Source: Sphagnum compactum
Lineage: Eukaryota
Reading direction: 5' to 3'
Assembly: GCA_965153455.1 (NCBI GenBank)
Contig: OZ234493.1
Coordinates: 21,318,213 to 21,382,212, forward strand
Length of the DNA: 64,000 nucleotides
In this document: one piece after another, positions 1 to 14,192 of the stretch
Position numbering within the stretch: the stretch's first letter is position 1
Layout of the letters: the number at the start of each line of letters is the position of its first letter
The notes under the pieces: model-generated
Databases searched by the model: none
Seen by the model: only the letters and a program-made list of their open reading frames with translations
What the model was told of the DNA's origin: nothing
Translations under genes and position numbers: made by a program

Positions 1-317
1 AAAAATCTAGAAACAATTAAAATTCACTATTGAATGATCACAAGTTGCATTATTTATGAATAATGATAAGTAATGTGAACCACATCAATTATCATAATAA
101 ATGTAAATAGTCTAATTATAAAATGATTGGTGTTGTCTTACAAATAAATTTCGATCCATGAAATTTTGATTCTTGTACAAGTTGCATGTAGAATATGGTT
201 TAAAGTTTTTGGTGAAGGTTTCAATTATACAAATCAAATTTTTGTTAAAATTTCTAACGTAAGGTAAAGTTCAAGGTGAATCATTTCCAAAATATGGGGG
301 CCTAGGACAAGGTAATA

Positions 318-515
318 CTTTAGTACCTTGGCCAATTCGACACAAATTATATGATTTTTAGAAATGTTGAATTTTCAAAAATTATTTCTTCCAATCAAAA
401 AAATATAATGAAAGAAAAGAATGGATATTTAAGAATATTCCATTTGTTGAGATGAATGTTTCAAAATTAATTAATTATTCAACGGACATGTGTTGAAATG
501 GCCAAGGTACTACGG
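318..515. mobile_element. MITE of Tc1/mariner (Stowaway/pogo-like) type
   Basis: Imperfect TIRs of about 28 bp: CTTTAGTACCTTGGCCAATTCGACACA (318-) versus the reverse complement of TGTGTTGAAATGGCCAAGGTACTACGG (-515). TA flanks both sides (316-317, 516-517). AT-rich interior with no ORF. Confidence 0.8.
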
Positions 516-1189
516 TAGTCAAGTCTAGGTTTTAACCATACATTTTTGTAATGTCACCACCCAACACCACAAGAAAGTATGGACACAATTCACTAAACAT
601 TTAGTTCATTTTGTAGTGAAATTCATGGAAACTCATTAAAATAAAATTGTAAGGGGAAATGTGAACAACAAATGAACAATTAATGAATTAGGAAACATGT
701 TATTGACAAAGTGGAGTTATGTAGTTTGTACCAATGTTATCCAATTCTTGATTTTGAAAAAAAAAACCTTTGGTTTTAGTTTTTAAATCTTTTTTGTGTT
801 TAATAGAACCTCCAATGTAATTTTGAAAATGGTTTTGTGGATTTTTGATATTTCCCCAAAAGAATGAAGCCTAGTCTAATTTAAGATTGGGTTCACTTCC
901 ATCTACATTGCACCCATTTAAAGTCTTTTTTTGTTATATTAATTTTGTTCAAGTAATGTACATGCCCAAGAATGAAGATTCTGTGTTAATTCTAGCAAAG
1001 ATGGTACAACAAAACTTGTTTAAGTGGATGACAATCCCAAGAGACATTTATATCTTGCAAGATGATTTTTTAAAAATTAAACTTGAAATTTTATGTTGCA
1101 AGATCATCAAGACAATGCAAAACTCAAATTCATTTACAAGATGATCAAAAACAAAAATATAAGTTGTGGAATGTAACATGGATATCAAA

Positions 1190-1520
1190 CATCACACAAC
1201 CTACACAAAAATTCTCATCAGAATTTTGATTGTCTAATTTCACAAATCGTCAAAATGTGAGAATAAACAAAACACACAACATTGTCATGACAAATTTGAT
1301 GAAATAATTTCATAAATTGTCAAAACATGATGAGTACACACAAACACAAAAATTGTCATGACATGATCAAAAGCATGTGCAATTTATTATCAGAACACAT
1401 GAAATCATAATGAATAAACATTGTAAACATATAATTGTCATGACATTATCAAAAAACATTGTTGACATAATTAGAAATTACTCATAACATCATGATGGGT
1501 AAACAAACATTATCATGTCA
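1190..1520. repeat. Degenerate tandem repeat, about 70-90 bp units with ATTGTCATGACA cores
   Basis: ATTGTCATGACA recurs near 1281, 1351 and 1434, each preceded by similar AAACACA(C)AA-type sequence. Confidence 0.5.
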
Positions 1521-3599
1521 CATATTATTTTGTGACTATTGATTCATTTCAAGAACTCAAAATTGTAGGTTAGACACCCACCTTATAAATTCACCTTGTA
1601 GACTGTAGATAAAAGAATTGGTAAATTGAAGTTGAAATTTTATAGTCATGGAAGTGGAAATTCAATTTCATGAGAAGTCTATTTGATCATGTAATTTTGT
1701 TTTGATATTGTAGGATTCATGGAGCAAATGAAAATGAATGTTGTTCATACATGATTGTTTAGATTTTTTAAAATCATATCTTAATCAAATATGTACAAAA
1801 TGAATGCATGTATTCAAAAAATAGATTTAAAATTAAAACCTTACAATACTTTTGAAAAAAAATTTAAGTAATTTTTGTTTTAATTTATCCATAGTCAACT
1901 AACATATGTAAAATAATTGATTATTTTAAAGATGTTTTCCCCAATAAATCAAATTAAATAATTTTATAAAATATATGTGCCTATACCATATGGGTCATTA
2001 TAGATTAAGTGTATGAAATATTGTATATATGGTTGTATCAAATATGCAATCCATCCATATTTGAACCAAAGGCCCAATGGAAGCAACTCTAATGTCTTTG
2101 CCATCAAACTAAAAAGCCCCACCAAGGTTACACAAAGGCAAAATACAAAGAATTTTTTTTAAATTAAAATTATATATAGCATTGAATATGTTTGGGAATT
2201 AAATCTTTGACATGCCTTTTTTTTTTCAGTTTTTGTTGACATGAAACAAATAAAAACATGCTTTTCAAGATTTTTCAAAATTTTATTAAAAATTTAATTT
2301 ATGAAATTTTAAATTATATTTAAAACTATTTTGAAATTCAATTATTTTCCATGATTCAAATTTAATTAATTTTATAGAAAATATTTGCTTGAATTGACAT
2401 ATGATTTTTTTTAACTGCTTTAGTTCAACATGAATTTAATACCATTTTTTAAGCTTTCAAATTTTTATTTTGGTTATATGAAATACTTAAAAATTAACAT
2501 TCAAGGATAAGTTATTCTAAACTTTCACCTTTTTAACAAGTTCTTGCAATTAATAATGAAAGAAAATGAATAATCAATGCCACTCACATACATGAAAATC
2601 AAATTGAATTTTAGTTGAACCAAATTTAATGCAAATACTTGAAATGAAATCACCTTTCGTTGATATCATGTAAAATGCAATGTGGTGTAATGTGGATTGT
2701 GTGTAGTGTCATGTGCATTGCATGTAATGGGATGTGTGTTGTGTGTAATTGGATGTGCATCATATGTGATGTTCATTCACAAGTGTCGTTATGATTTGTG
2801 TGAAATATCATCCCATCATTTTCACTCAAATGACAATTTAATGAAATGGACGCATAAATGCATTCATGTTTTGTTTGTAGTTCATGGGCTTTATTCATTC
2901 TAAACCATGGATGCCTTGTTGTGCATGAGTATGAATGTGGGTATCCTAAGCTATTTAGAATTTTAGTTAGGATGAGTTAGTTTGCCTAATTCCTAGGATA
3001 GCTAGGCATTCTAAATAAGATAAGTTTGGTAGCTTTGGGTTTTGGACATGAAAATTTTGGGGATTTATAGGGGCTGTGTTGGACAACCAATTTTGAGATG
3101 TACAAGGGTAATTATGACCTTAGATGATGACAAGGGTCCATTTAGATTAGGGCATGTCGATTACGGTTATGGCATTTTTTAAACTACTAAACCCTAAACC
3201 TTATATGTCATCAGTTCAAGTGGTGGAGTTCCTTTAGTTTTTCTTTTGGTGTTTTTGGTGCTTTAGTAAGATAATGCAAAAATCATAAGGAGATGAAAAA
3301 AGGGGAACTTGGGAAGCAAATATGTTATGGCAAAAAATGCCGTGATTACATATATTTGTGGCCATTGGTATGGAATAACAAAGAGGCCATTCATTAGCTA
3401 TTAACTATGCAATAACAAAAGGGCCATACTCCATGGACAATGATTTCTCACAAGATTTTTTGTACAACAAAGTTGTCCTTAAAGTCAGACGATTAGGGGC
3501 CGAGAACGGCCAGTCTCAGCATAATAGGGCATCGAATGCGTAACTGGGAACGAAAATTTACAAAACGAAATAACTGGGACGCAAACTATTTTCTCCACC

Positions 3600-3800
3600 A
3601 ATTTTGGTGGTAAAACTGAGTTTCATCATCCTCTCTTTCCTTTTTCCTGAGCGCCTCCACTGCTACTATATATATTTTTTCACTGCTCCTCCTGCCTATA
3701 CAACTACTATAATTACTCTCGAACCTTGTGCACTAAATGCTGAGTTTCAGCATTTCATCATACTGAGATTTAATAAAATTTCTTTACTTTGGGGTTACTC
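3600..3800. repeat. Dispersed ~200-bp repeat, copy 1
   Basis: AATTTTGGTGGTAAA(A)CTGAGTTTC...TAATTACTCTCGAACCTTGTGCA...CAGCATTTCAT...AGATTTAATAAAATTT is shared with 8081-8260, 8310-8440 (partial) and 17371-17555. Confidence 0.85.
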
Positions 3801-4328
3801 GTGAAAGAGGGGATAGGGGGTGAAAGAGAGGGTGACTTTTATGGATAACTTTAATGTAGTTGTCTGGCCAATCCAGTTTGAGCAGCTTTTTTCTTTTGCT
3901 TTCATTGTTGATTATAACTTTAGGAGTGTGATATATAGAGGCTATTGGCAGTCCAAAACTTTCCAAAACTCTTTCACACGTCACCCATGTGGTTCCATAG
4001 CAAGTGCTTCTAACCCCCAACCTAACCTGACATGCAGTATTCGTCTTATATGCCCATTTCTACATTTAACAAACCAATTTCACATTGGCCCCCATCACAT
4101 CACATGATATAGTTTGGTGTGCTCCTCAGAATGATTGCATATGCCTCATCATCATTGTCAAATGATGTCTTAAAATGGACACATCCAAGGAATCCTTTAT
4201 GTCACATTAGTGGACCCTTTTGGGTTTGGTTCAAATGGGATCATCTTCTTCAAGACTTTAAAGGATAGAGATTTCCATAAAATCTCTTCAAAAATTGGAG
4301 AGGCATGATTTTCAAAAAAAATGGAGTT

Positions 4329-4700
4329 GCAAATGTCTTTTTTTCATATGACATGAAAAGACATTGATTGATTGAAATGGCTAAATGGGAAGATGGTCAC
4401 TAAGATGGCCAATGGGAAATTCCTTATGCATTTTCTCATAACATCAAGAGGCAAATGCATTTTTTCATATGACATGAAGAGGCATTGATCAATTGAATTA
4501 ACTAAATGAAAGGATGGCCCATGGGAAATTCTCTCATGCATTTTCTTGTGAAATGCATTTTTTCATGTGACATGAAGAGGCATTGATCGGTTGAGTTAGC
4601 TACATGAAAGGATGGCTAATAGGAAATTCTCCTATGCATTTTCTCCTAACATGAAAATGCAAATGCATTTATTCATGTGATATGAAGTGTCAATATGATG
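4329..4700. repeat. Tandem repeat, about 3.5 copies of a ~100-120-bp unit
   Basis: The unit GCAAATGCATTTTTTCATRTGACATGAAGAGGCATTGATC...CTAAATGAAAGGATGGC...GGAAATTC...ATGCATTTTCT starts at about 4329, 4451, 4549 and 4660. Confidence 0.85.
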
Positions 4701-5341
4701 AAAAAACACAATTCAAGTGTCAGTATGTATGATGAAAAGGTAAATGTGAACTCAAATGTTAGTACGATGAAGAAACATTGATTTGTTGAAAAATCAATTT
4801 TCCAATGCAATGTTTAAGTAATTTTCAATGATGAAAATCATTGTAAATTCAATAACTTTTGCTTAGTTGATCAAAAAATTGTGAAATGACCACCATGCAC
4901 ATTACTCATTGTGGGATTTCCAACGATACCAAAAGTGAAATGAAGGGCCCCATGGTTCAAGAAGGTTAATGATCACAAACAAAAGAAAACAAACTTTTAT
5001 TTTAATATACAAGTTAACGGGTAATTATTTCATTTATTCTCTCTATCTTATCCCTATAGTTTATAAATATTAAAAAATTAAAATTTTGATTTACACATAT
5101 TTATAAAATATTTTATTTTCAAGGATTCATAATTAAAGATTCAATCATGTAGGCAAATGATTCATATTAGCACGATTGGACCTAAGTACAATTAAGGACA
5201 ACCATCTTACATCATCTATATAGGCAAAATGAATCCTACAATTAACAATTTATTCATATCATATTTCATAATTGTTGCATACTTCGGATTCAACATGTAC
5301 AATGCTTGATGGGTTGTTGGAATCACAATGTTTAGCTCAAT

Positions 5342-5777
5342 GAGTAAGTCCACAATAAAATGATTGGGTACAAATGTAGAAAAATGTTTAATATTTCTTA
5401 CCTTACAAAAGGAATTTAAGTTGGTGTTGATTTTTTTTGATTTGCTTATATTAAAAAAAACTCATAATATATGATGGGAACATGTGAATAAATTGAAATC
5501 AATGGAATAAATTTTTAAAATATCCAAAATCATTTTAAAAATAGGGTCAAAAGACTTGTAAAATGATTTGAAAAGATTTGAAAATGACATGTTTTTGAAA
5601 AAAAATCATATAAGCCTCAATTTTTTTAAATGATAAACATCTTTAAAAATATTTGAAAATATTTTTACATATCTTTTCTAGATTTTTAAAATAATATTTC
5701 AAGAATATTTTAAATTAAACAATCATTTGAAAGTAGTTAAATAGATGAATGATGGTCATTTTATTGTGGATTTACCC
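5342..5777. mobile_element. Non-autonomous DNA transposon (GRG...CCC termini, 4-bp TSD CAAT)
   Basis: TIR GAGTAAGTCCACAATAAAATGA versus the reverse complement of TCATTTTATTGTGGATTTACCC. Perfect CAAT duplication at 5338-5341 and 5778-5781. Confidence 0.85.
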
Positions 5778-8080
5778 CAATATGAAGTTGAATTATATAT
5801 AGAGATATTCATTTCAAATCCTTGTAGTTTGATACATATATATCCTTGAATTTGTGAAATAAATTTTCAGCAAATTATTTTTCATCACTTTAAATGTCAT
5901 AATGTAAAGATTCCATGCATAAAGATTTTGAATTGATCCTTAATCAAATATACTAGTTTAGTAGTTCTCTACTCTACTCGGAAGTTGTATTATGTAGGTT
6001 TGGGTAATGGAAAACTTAATTTGTACGTTAGTTCATTAATCATGATGTTGACATTAGAACCTCCATCAAACATTTTTCACCAATTTTTTTATCGATTTGA
6101 ACAAAAAATTTAGCCACTTGATAATCTATGGTGACTACAACAATTTGTAATATGTTTGATTGTAAATGTTGTTATTGGTTTTGTTGTGGACAACAATTTG
6201 TCACCAATATATTGTTTTAAATTTCGAGCTTTAATTGAAAAAGTTGCCCCAAAGTGAGAACATACTTTGTGAACAACATTCATTTCCATTGTTTTCAAAT
6301 ATTTTTACTAGAGGTTGTACCTTGGGTCTATTGGCAAGTTTAACTAAGGTTGTATGAGATTCCATGGTATCATGTTCTATTATTAATAATCCATCCCAAT
6401 TAGTTTGTGGGTTACAATTGACAACTATATGCAAATCAAACGGAAGATTTTCCTTTTAAATTTCTTTGATAATTTTTACCAACAAATATTTTTGTAGTTT
6501 TTACTTTTAGCCCAATTTGTAAGTACTTTATGTTTATTTGGTTTTGTGTAGTGCTATGTCCAATGCATTTGCAAATGTTGAAATATTCATTATTTTGTTT
6601 TTTACCACTTATATCACATCTTCGGTCTTCCTTGATAGTTACAAGTTGATCCAACTATTGGGATTAGTATCAACATTGCTGGATAGCTATTTAATGGTTT
6701 AGGTTGGTTATCTTGTAAGAACCATGGTAGTTAATATTTTAAATGATAATAGATAACCTTCAATGAGAATTGTCAATCCACTTGGATGTGAGAACCAACC
6801 ACCTTAAAATTGCTTAAGGTATCCTACATCCCAACCTTAGTACCTAGGGGTTAAAATGGTTAATGACCAAGTCCAATTCTCAACGTAAAGGTTATAACCA
6901 ACATTCTTATTAAAAAGTGTTCTCAAGATGGGGTTTGAACCCACAATTTGGTATTTAATGTATTTATGATAGTAGTCAACTACTACCATGTATACAATAA
7001 CTTCCTCAAATTTTCCACAAGTGAATTTATGTGGTCCAATGGTGAAAACACTCCTCCCTCTTTTAGAGGTCATAGATTCAAACTTCAATTGTAAATCGAG
7101 CATAATATCTTTTTTTTTCAATTGATAAGATTTAGTGTTGGATGGTTATTAAATATCAATAGGTTTTAGGGTCTTCAAATTGGAGTTTTCATGTTTTCTT
7201 AGAATTGTTATTAGAACATAATTAGAAAACCAAATTAATTTCAAGTTGAATTTGAACCTAAAATGGGGATGCTACCCCATTTTGAAAAGGTTCGCATACC
7301 TTTTTTTAGGTATATAAATACAATTTTTTTATTTTAAAAAGTTGACCTTACATTTTAGACAAGTTATTTGATTTGATTAATGTACATAATTAATGTGACA
7401 TAATCTTTATCTTGGAGTATGTGCATTAGTAACTTAATTACTTTTTTTTTAGTATGTTGTGTGTAATGGCGATGGAACTAGTAGACCTTGTTTTAAAACT
7501 AGATTAACTATAAATTCTTTTTGGAAGTGATGAAAATCAAAGGTTTTAGAAATGCAAATAACCAATTTTGAAACCAAACCAAAGGTTTTATCATAAACGA
7601 AACAAAAATTGGGATTCAAGGTTCCTTTTGAAATCAAGAACTAGACAACACTAATGAAAACCATCATAGCTAAAAATGACCAATTCTTGTTTTTGGTTTA
7701 ATCTAAACCCTTGAGCAGGTATTAGTTTTTCTTCATTTATTTCAAAATTTGGGCTCGTTGTCATAACATCTTGTAAAACTAGTTCAATGGTTATCATTAT
7801 TTGAAGATGTTGAAAACTGCCCAATATTGGTCGATATTAGTGTTGGGCAATTTTCACATTTTTTACAGACTTGTCGAATTTGTGTTTTAGAATTTTTTAC
7901 AAGACCACCCTGATTTTTAAAATTATTTTCCAAGAGACTCAAGTAGGGTTTTAAAACTTTGAAAAAAAATTAAAATCAGTTGGGTTTCAAAGTGCAAGGT
8001 CTTGCACATTTCAGACCTATCGATGCTCAAAGGTGGTTTTCACAAATGACCATTCAATAAGATGAAACTTAGAAAACCAT

Positions 8081-8440
8081 TAATTTTGTGGTAAACTGAG
8101 TTTCATCCAATTTTTATTTTTTGAACGCTTCCACTACTTCTACATATATTTTCACTACTCCTACATGTACAAGTATTATAATTACTTTTGAACCTTGAGC
8201 ATCAAATGTTGAATTTTAACATTTCATATCCAAATCGAATAAAATTTTCTTACCTCGGATACCTTTGAAAAATGGGTTTAATGGTGAAAGGAGACTTTGT
8301 TTTGCCTTTTTCAAAAATGCCTCCATTGATTCTATGTCGTATATTTTCACTATTTTGATTTATACAACTAACTATTCTCGAACCTTATGCATTAAATGTT
8401 AAATTTCAACATTTCATACTCAAATTAAATAAAATTTCCT
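8081..8440. repeat. Dispersed ~200-bp repeat, copy 2 plus a partial tandem copy
   Basis: Diverged match to 3600-3800 and 17371-17555. A second partial unit lies at about 8310-8440. Confidence 0.75.
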
Positions 8441-9720
8441 TAAAGTGACAGTTAAGTATAATTAAACAAAATACTAGGCAAAAATTGAAACTTTGACCTT
8501 GATAGGGTATCATTTAAAAATAAAATAAAATAAGGACATGGTTTCAACTAACTAGTTCTCAATCTAATGATATTTAGTGAACAAGTTTCAAATAGGCTAT
8601 GATCTGGGTAATACTTGAGGTATTCAACTTGAAAGCCGACTTGACACCTTGCTCGGTTTTAAATCATTTGCTTATACCCACCCAACACGAGTTAATACTT
8701 CGACAAAACATGACCTTCAAAGTTGATGATGTTCTTTTGATAAATCAAAATAACTTTGTTATGTACAATTAAAGCTCATTTTTTCATTGTTATAATAACA
8801 ACCTTTAAGCATGAGCTTGTAAACATGTTTGAAAAAAATGATTGATTAGTTATTGATCATTAATCTTTTGTTCCGAACAATTGGCCAATTTTTAAATTCA
8901 TTCATAATAGACCTTCACTTGTTTTATAAGTTTTTATTTGAATCCCTTAAGCATCATGTAGACCTATTTGTCATTTAGCACTATGGGGTTTTCTTTGTAT
9001 AATGCCTTTGTAAACTTATCAAAAGTGAACCTTGGATGATTTTGAATATAATATTTCTTTCCATTCAAAAACAAAGTCCCTTAAAATAAACATAAACAAG
9101 TTTATAATGCCATTGTTTTTCATTTCACCATTTACTTTAAGGACATTTTTAAGAACTCGTGCATGTGTGCATTTAGATTTAAATCAATGACATATACATG
9201 ATATTGCAATGGCTTTCTAGTTGTTAGTTTTATTCCATATGTCAATATTGGTGGTCATGGGGGATAATATCACAATGGGTAATATTGTCCTCATGCATGT
9301 CCTAGATTTGACCACCTTACTCAAGTCCCTACATAACCTCTTAGTTTCTTTTTTCTCTTCTTGGAAATCCTCTTGTAGGATTAAGGGGTTGGCTTCATAG
9401 TCCTCCACCTCCTTTCTAGATTTGAATGGCCGATTTCTTCTAGCCCTCCTAATTGATGGTTTCAATGGTCATTCATTTCTATTTCCCATACTAAACAACA
9501 TTCAAACACATGCTCTTGCCATATTCATTTTCCTAACATTTGTCATAATATATGGTCATGATTACTCATTAAATGTAAATTTTGACTATTTATAATGGCA
9601 ATCATCGAATTAATTGGAGCATGTTTTGTTCTTAACCTCAATGAGTTCTTTTAATAAAACTTGACATCCATGGTGTTGATTGTGCCTCCTTGGTAAGTTA
9701 CACTAATCTAAAATAATGTA

Positions 9721-11058
9721 TGTAACCCCCAGGCTATTTATGTATGAAAAATAAGGTTATCACTAGATGGTGGTGGTGATTTTAATGACCAAGAAAATGG
9801 CCCAACTTCATTATGAGGGGGCAAGGATAGAGGGCACAAAGGTTTATATTTGAAATTCTTGGGAACCAGTAAAGGGGCCATAGTGCTTTAGATGACATAT
9901 TATGAAAGATTTTAGCATCAAACCTTAAACCCTTATAATAGGGTTTGCAAAACTTAAAGATCAAAATTAAAACCCTAGACATATGCAACATTCACACAAA
10001 AGGGGTCACGATTCAGGAAGGATAAAAGGAACTTGGAAAATATGTAAGAATGAAGCTCAAAAAACCCTTGAAATCATCAAAACCCTAAAATTTGCTACTG
10101 CACAAGACTTAAGCAAATAACATGTTGAGAATTGAACAATTCATGAATTAGAAAATGGTGAATGAGATGGAAAAACATGCTCTATGCAATGTGAATAAAT
10201 GCAACATAGACCTTGGTTCCCTTATAACTGAATAACATTGACCCTTGGGGCTTGGAATTTGGTGGATTCTAAGTTTGGAGTTCGAATTTTGGAGGCTACA
10301 TGAGTCACACAATGTGTGTTTAGACTTCAGTGACTTGTGAACTATAACCTTAGCTCCTAACTCTTGGGACTTGGTTGACCAATGCAACAACCTTGATAAT
10401 AAGTATTTCACATTAGAAGGTTCATACCTAAACTAAAAATGATTAGAAAACATTTGTGAGTGATGAAACTTTGATTCTAGAATGATGGAGTTACACATCA
10501 ACAAACACGACCCATGCATTCTTGAAGCTTTCCTTTGGGTTGTAAAGTACAATTGCCCATTGCAACTATTGAAGACTTTTCATTACTCCCACTTGCTCAC
10601 ATCTTGTAATCACCTCAAATAACCCCAAATGTAATCAAATTTCCAACCATAAGCTTCATAAAATTGCCAAAACAAAGATAAATAAATAAATGAATGGAAC
10701 AATGTTAGAACTTAACTATCATCATTTTGCAAATTACAATATAATGCAACGTACAATGCATCTTGTATAATCCTAGTGCATTCAAAAGTGTTGGTGAATT
10801 CTAGTTGTGTCGATGTCACAAGAAGCTGGCAAATTTTAGGTTTGTGTTTATAGCAAGTGCTAGTGATTGAGCTTTGAATTTGTAATGCATGGTGGCCAAA
10901 AGCTTTTGGTTGATGATCACAATGATGGTGAACAATAGGCAACAAAGGATATAAATAGTGGTGAGAGGTGGTTTAAAGTTTGCAAAACGATGGTGATGTT
11001 GCCATTTGTCACCAAGTGGATTAGGCTATTTAGGGCAAAATTTAAGGTTGGTGTTACA
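9721..11058. mobile_element. Probable old solo LTR
   Basis: Begins TGTAACCCC and ends GGTGTTACA (TG...CA with a short inverted terminus). About 1.3 kb and non-coding. TSD is not clean (ATGTA vs ACATG). Confidence 0.4.
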
Positions 11059-11499
11059 ACATGCTTATCGTAGCTCCCTCACACATGTAAACTTTTAGCA
11101 AATTTTCATCCCAAAAACTAATTGGATATTATGGTAATATATGTTTCCAAAGAAAATTCTTAAATATGTAGGTGAGTTTTCAATTATAATTGCATATTAT
11201 TCCCATCACACATTTAGCGTAATTAAAGTTGGAGAATTCAAAACCAAATATTTTAGTGGTTTCATTAAACCTTGCATCAAATAATTACTTTTTGGTTGTG
11301 AGGGGTTAGGTGGTGTAGGAAAAATAGTTGTAAGGTTCAAATTAAATTTAAAGTGTGTTATTCATGAAATAATCAATTCATCACATGTTATTCAAGATTG
11401 GGTTCAGGAAAGACTTGATTGAAGAAAATATAAAGTAGTAGATTAATGATTAACACATGTGTTTCAAGATTAAAAACATGTCACAAAAGAAAAATAGAA

Positions 11500-13330
11500 A
11501 ACGAAAAAGTAAAAGTGATTCCTAAAAAGAAACCTAAGAGACCAAAATTGTTAGCCATTACCATGTTATAGAAAACATGAATGTCACAAAGGCAAGCTTG
11601 TGCTTATAATAGGAGGCCATGTTTAAGAAACAAGAAGACCAATTGGTGGAGGTTTTTTTTTATGGAGTTAATATTGGTTGTTGTGCAATGCAATAACACA
11701 TTTTGTGGTGTTGTGAACCACCTCCAAAAGGATGGTAGGCATAATCACCTTTTCAAGAACTTAGATGAAAGTTGAGAGACCTTGGTTGAAGCTTAAACTA
11801 AATAAGAAGACAAGTCACCTTGGATCCCCACAAGGTGTGCACAAGATAAGCTAAAAAAGGGCTACACATTTTGTGAAGGTTGCATGTCGACAATGGCCTT
11901 GTTAAAAAAAAACCCTAACATGGAGAAAAAAGTGTGAAGCTTTGCATGCTCAAAAGGAGGTTGGAAATGTTTTCAATGGGTGAAGACATGATAATAGGAA
12001 CCCATGGCATAATTTTGAGTTGTTGTGATTAGTCCTAACTAGTCTTAATGTGGCAATATGAGATAAGTGAAAAAGCCTTGAAATAATGTTGAACAATATA
12101 ATTTAAACAATTTTTACACATGATAACAATTTGTTGCAAAACATTGGTTATGGGTTTTCAAATGTGTTGAAAGGTATTCTATATTCATTGGATTATTTTC
12201 AAATTTATCCAAATGCTAAATTGATATATTAGAAATGGTGTTGTAAACACAACACACATTTTCAACATTAATTTAGTTCATAAAACTTGTAAACGTTAAA
12301 AAAAGGATTGGTTATGCTCAAATTTGATGCTAAAGGTGCAATTACACCTCAATAATGTCATCGCACAACACCGGACGATTATCATCATGAATGTCAAAAA
12401 AACTTATGCTACATAAGGAAAATGATGTAACATCTTGGGCATGTGGTTTGCGCAATGCCTTTTGTAAAAGAAGTTGGGTTGGTCATTTAAGTGTGCGAGA
12501 AGTGCAAATACAAAACCTCCCCAAGAACTTTGAGTACTTGGTGGAGGAGATGAATTTGTGCATAACATACAAGATCTTTGTCCACAATATCCCCCTTGAG
12601 TTGGTGTTCATCATGGATGAGACCTTCATTTGGTACATTTTAATGGAGTCTACAAGCATTTACAACACCAAGAATGCCAAACAAGTGCAAGTCCATTAGT
12701 GCATAAGATAATTGTAACCTCATTGTCTCCACCATGACAACAACTTTAAAGAGTGTGTTGGTTTTACAATGCATCTATGCAGGTTAGTGGATCATGTGCT
12801 TACCTTATAAAGGAACATGTGTGAAGGTTATGGTAACTAACTTTGTCTTAAGCCCAACCAATGACCATTGGTGTATGTTAGCATTAATGAAAGAGTGGAT
12901 TAATGATCGATCATCCTTCCCTCTAAATGCACATACAAGGAACTAGACCTAGTTGTGGGTAAATTATTAATGTTGTTACAATTAAATGTGTATAATGTGG
13001 ATTAAAATGCACCATTTAGGAATTACATGTAGAAGCATTACTTTTGCATCCACATTTTCTTTGTGTTAAGAAAGGCCACATTAGTGGCATAGGTGGTGGA
13101 CATTGTGTTCAACAAGCCTTTCAATAGTGTTATTTGCCAAAAGTTCTACAACTAATTAACATGTCACATTACATAACAAATTAGGTAAGGATGGTTGTTA
13201 AAAATTGTAAACAACACATTTTAATTAACAACTTGAAGAATGAATGCATCCATTGTGTGCATGCAAAGTAGCACCCTAGAAGGCTACAAGAAGGTGGGGA
13301 CATTGCAAATCTTTGAAAAACCATTCCAAA
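11500..13330 (+). pseudogene. Decayed pogo/Tigger-like (DDE_1) transposase
   Basis: ORF 12391-12699 contains NIPLELVFIMDET, matching the DDE_1 N-x-D-E-T region. Downstream fragments NDHW...LMKEWIND and VVDIVFNKPF resemble later DDE_1 blocks. Many stops and frameshifts. Confidence 0.65.
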
Positions 13331-13866
13331 TGTGAGATGGATTGCGTTAATGCAATTGGGTTTGGAAAATGAAGAGTTGGCTTCTCAAGAGAAGTTGGCA
13401 TTTGCTAAGCACAAGCCGCTTGAAGACAAACTCCTAGAGCATGATGATGAGTTTATTTTAAAATAATAATGACAATTTAAAGCTTAATTGTGAGGAATTA
13501 AATGTGGAATGGGATTAAGATTTTGACAAGTTTATCGGTGAGGTGGCCAAACACATGGCAAGGTTGTGCAAGGCAAAATATTATAAGAGTGTAGTAAATG
13601 AGTATGGTGCTATGGAACATGTAGTAATAGGAGGTTTTCATAAGGAGATAGAAGACTATGAGAAAGAAAGTAGCTCAATTAAAAAAGAGATAAACTCAAA
13701 CAAGGATCATGAATAAATGAATTTGAAACAACTTGTCATATTTGGCAACAATGTTAAATGACAATAAATGCTTGAAGAATTATAAAAACACACCATAGAT
13801 CTAGATTTTATTTATTTATGGTTTGAACCTACCATAAATGGCATTTAAGGTAGATTCATTATGTTA

Positions 13867-14192
13867 GAGCATCTCTTAAAGTGGGTGACATAATTTGCTC
13901 CTCTACCAACGTTTATCACATCCAAGGAATTGCATTAATTATTTTCCTTTCCCCATTCATAACCATGAAAAATAGGATGACACAAGGTCATACAATGTTT
14001 AAATATATCAACCGTGGCCAATCATTACAACCAACCAATGAAGAACGGTCTTAGCATCCTTGTGGCTCATTCTCAATCACAAAATAATTTAAACCATTTT
14101 GCAAGTTAAATTTATACATTGGCTCAAAAGTGTCACATTTTGGCAAAATTTCATTTAGATTTTGATATACAATGCCACCATTGGAGATGTTC
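13867..14192. mobile_element. Tourist-like (PIF/Harbinger) MITE
   Basis: TIRs GAGCATCTC... and ...GAGATGTTC, extending imperfectly to about 20 bp. TTA duplicated at 13864-13866 and 14193-14195. Confidence 0.85.

Noticed and set aside
4329-4700. CRISPR-like repeat-spacer array
   Set aside because: Eukaryotic context, and the units are whole tandem copies without unique spacers.
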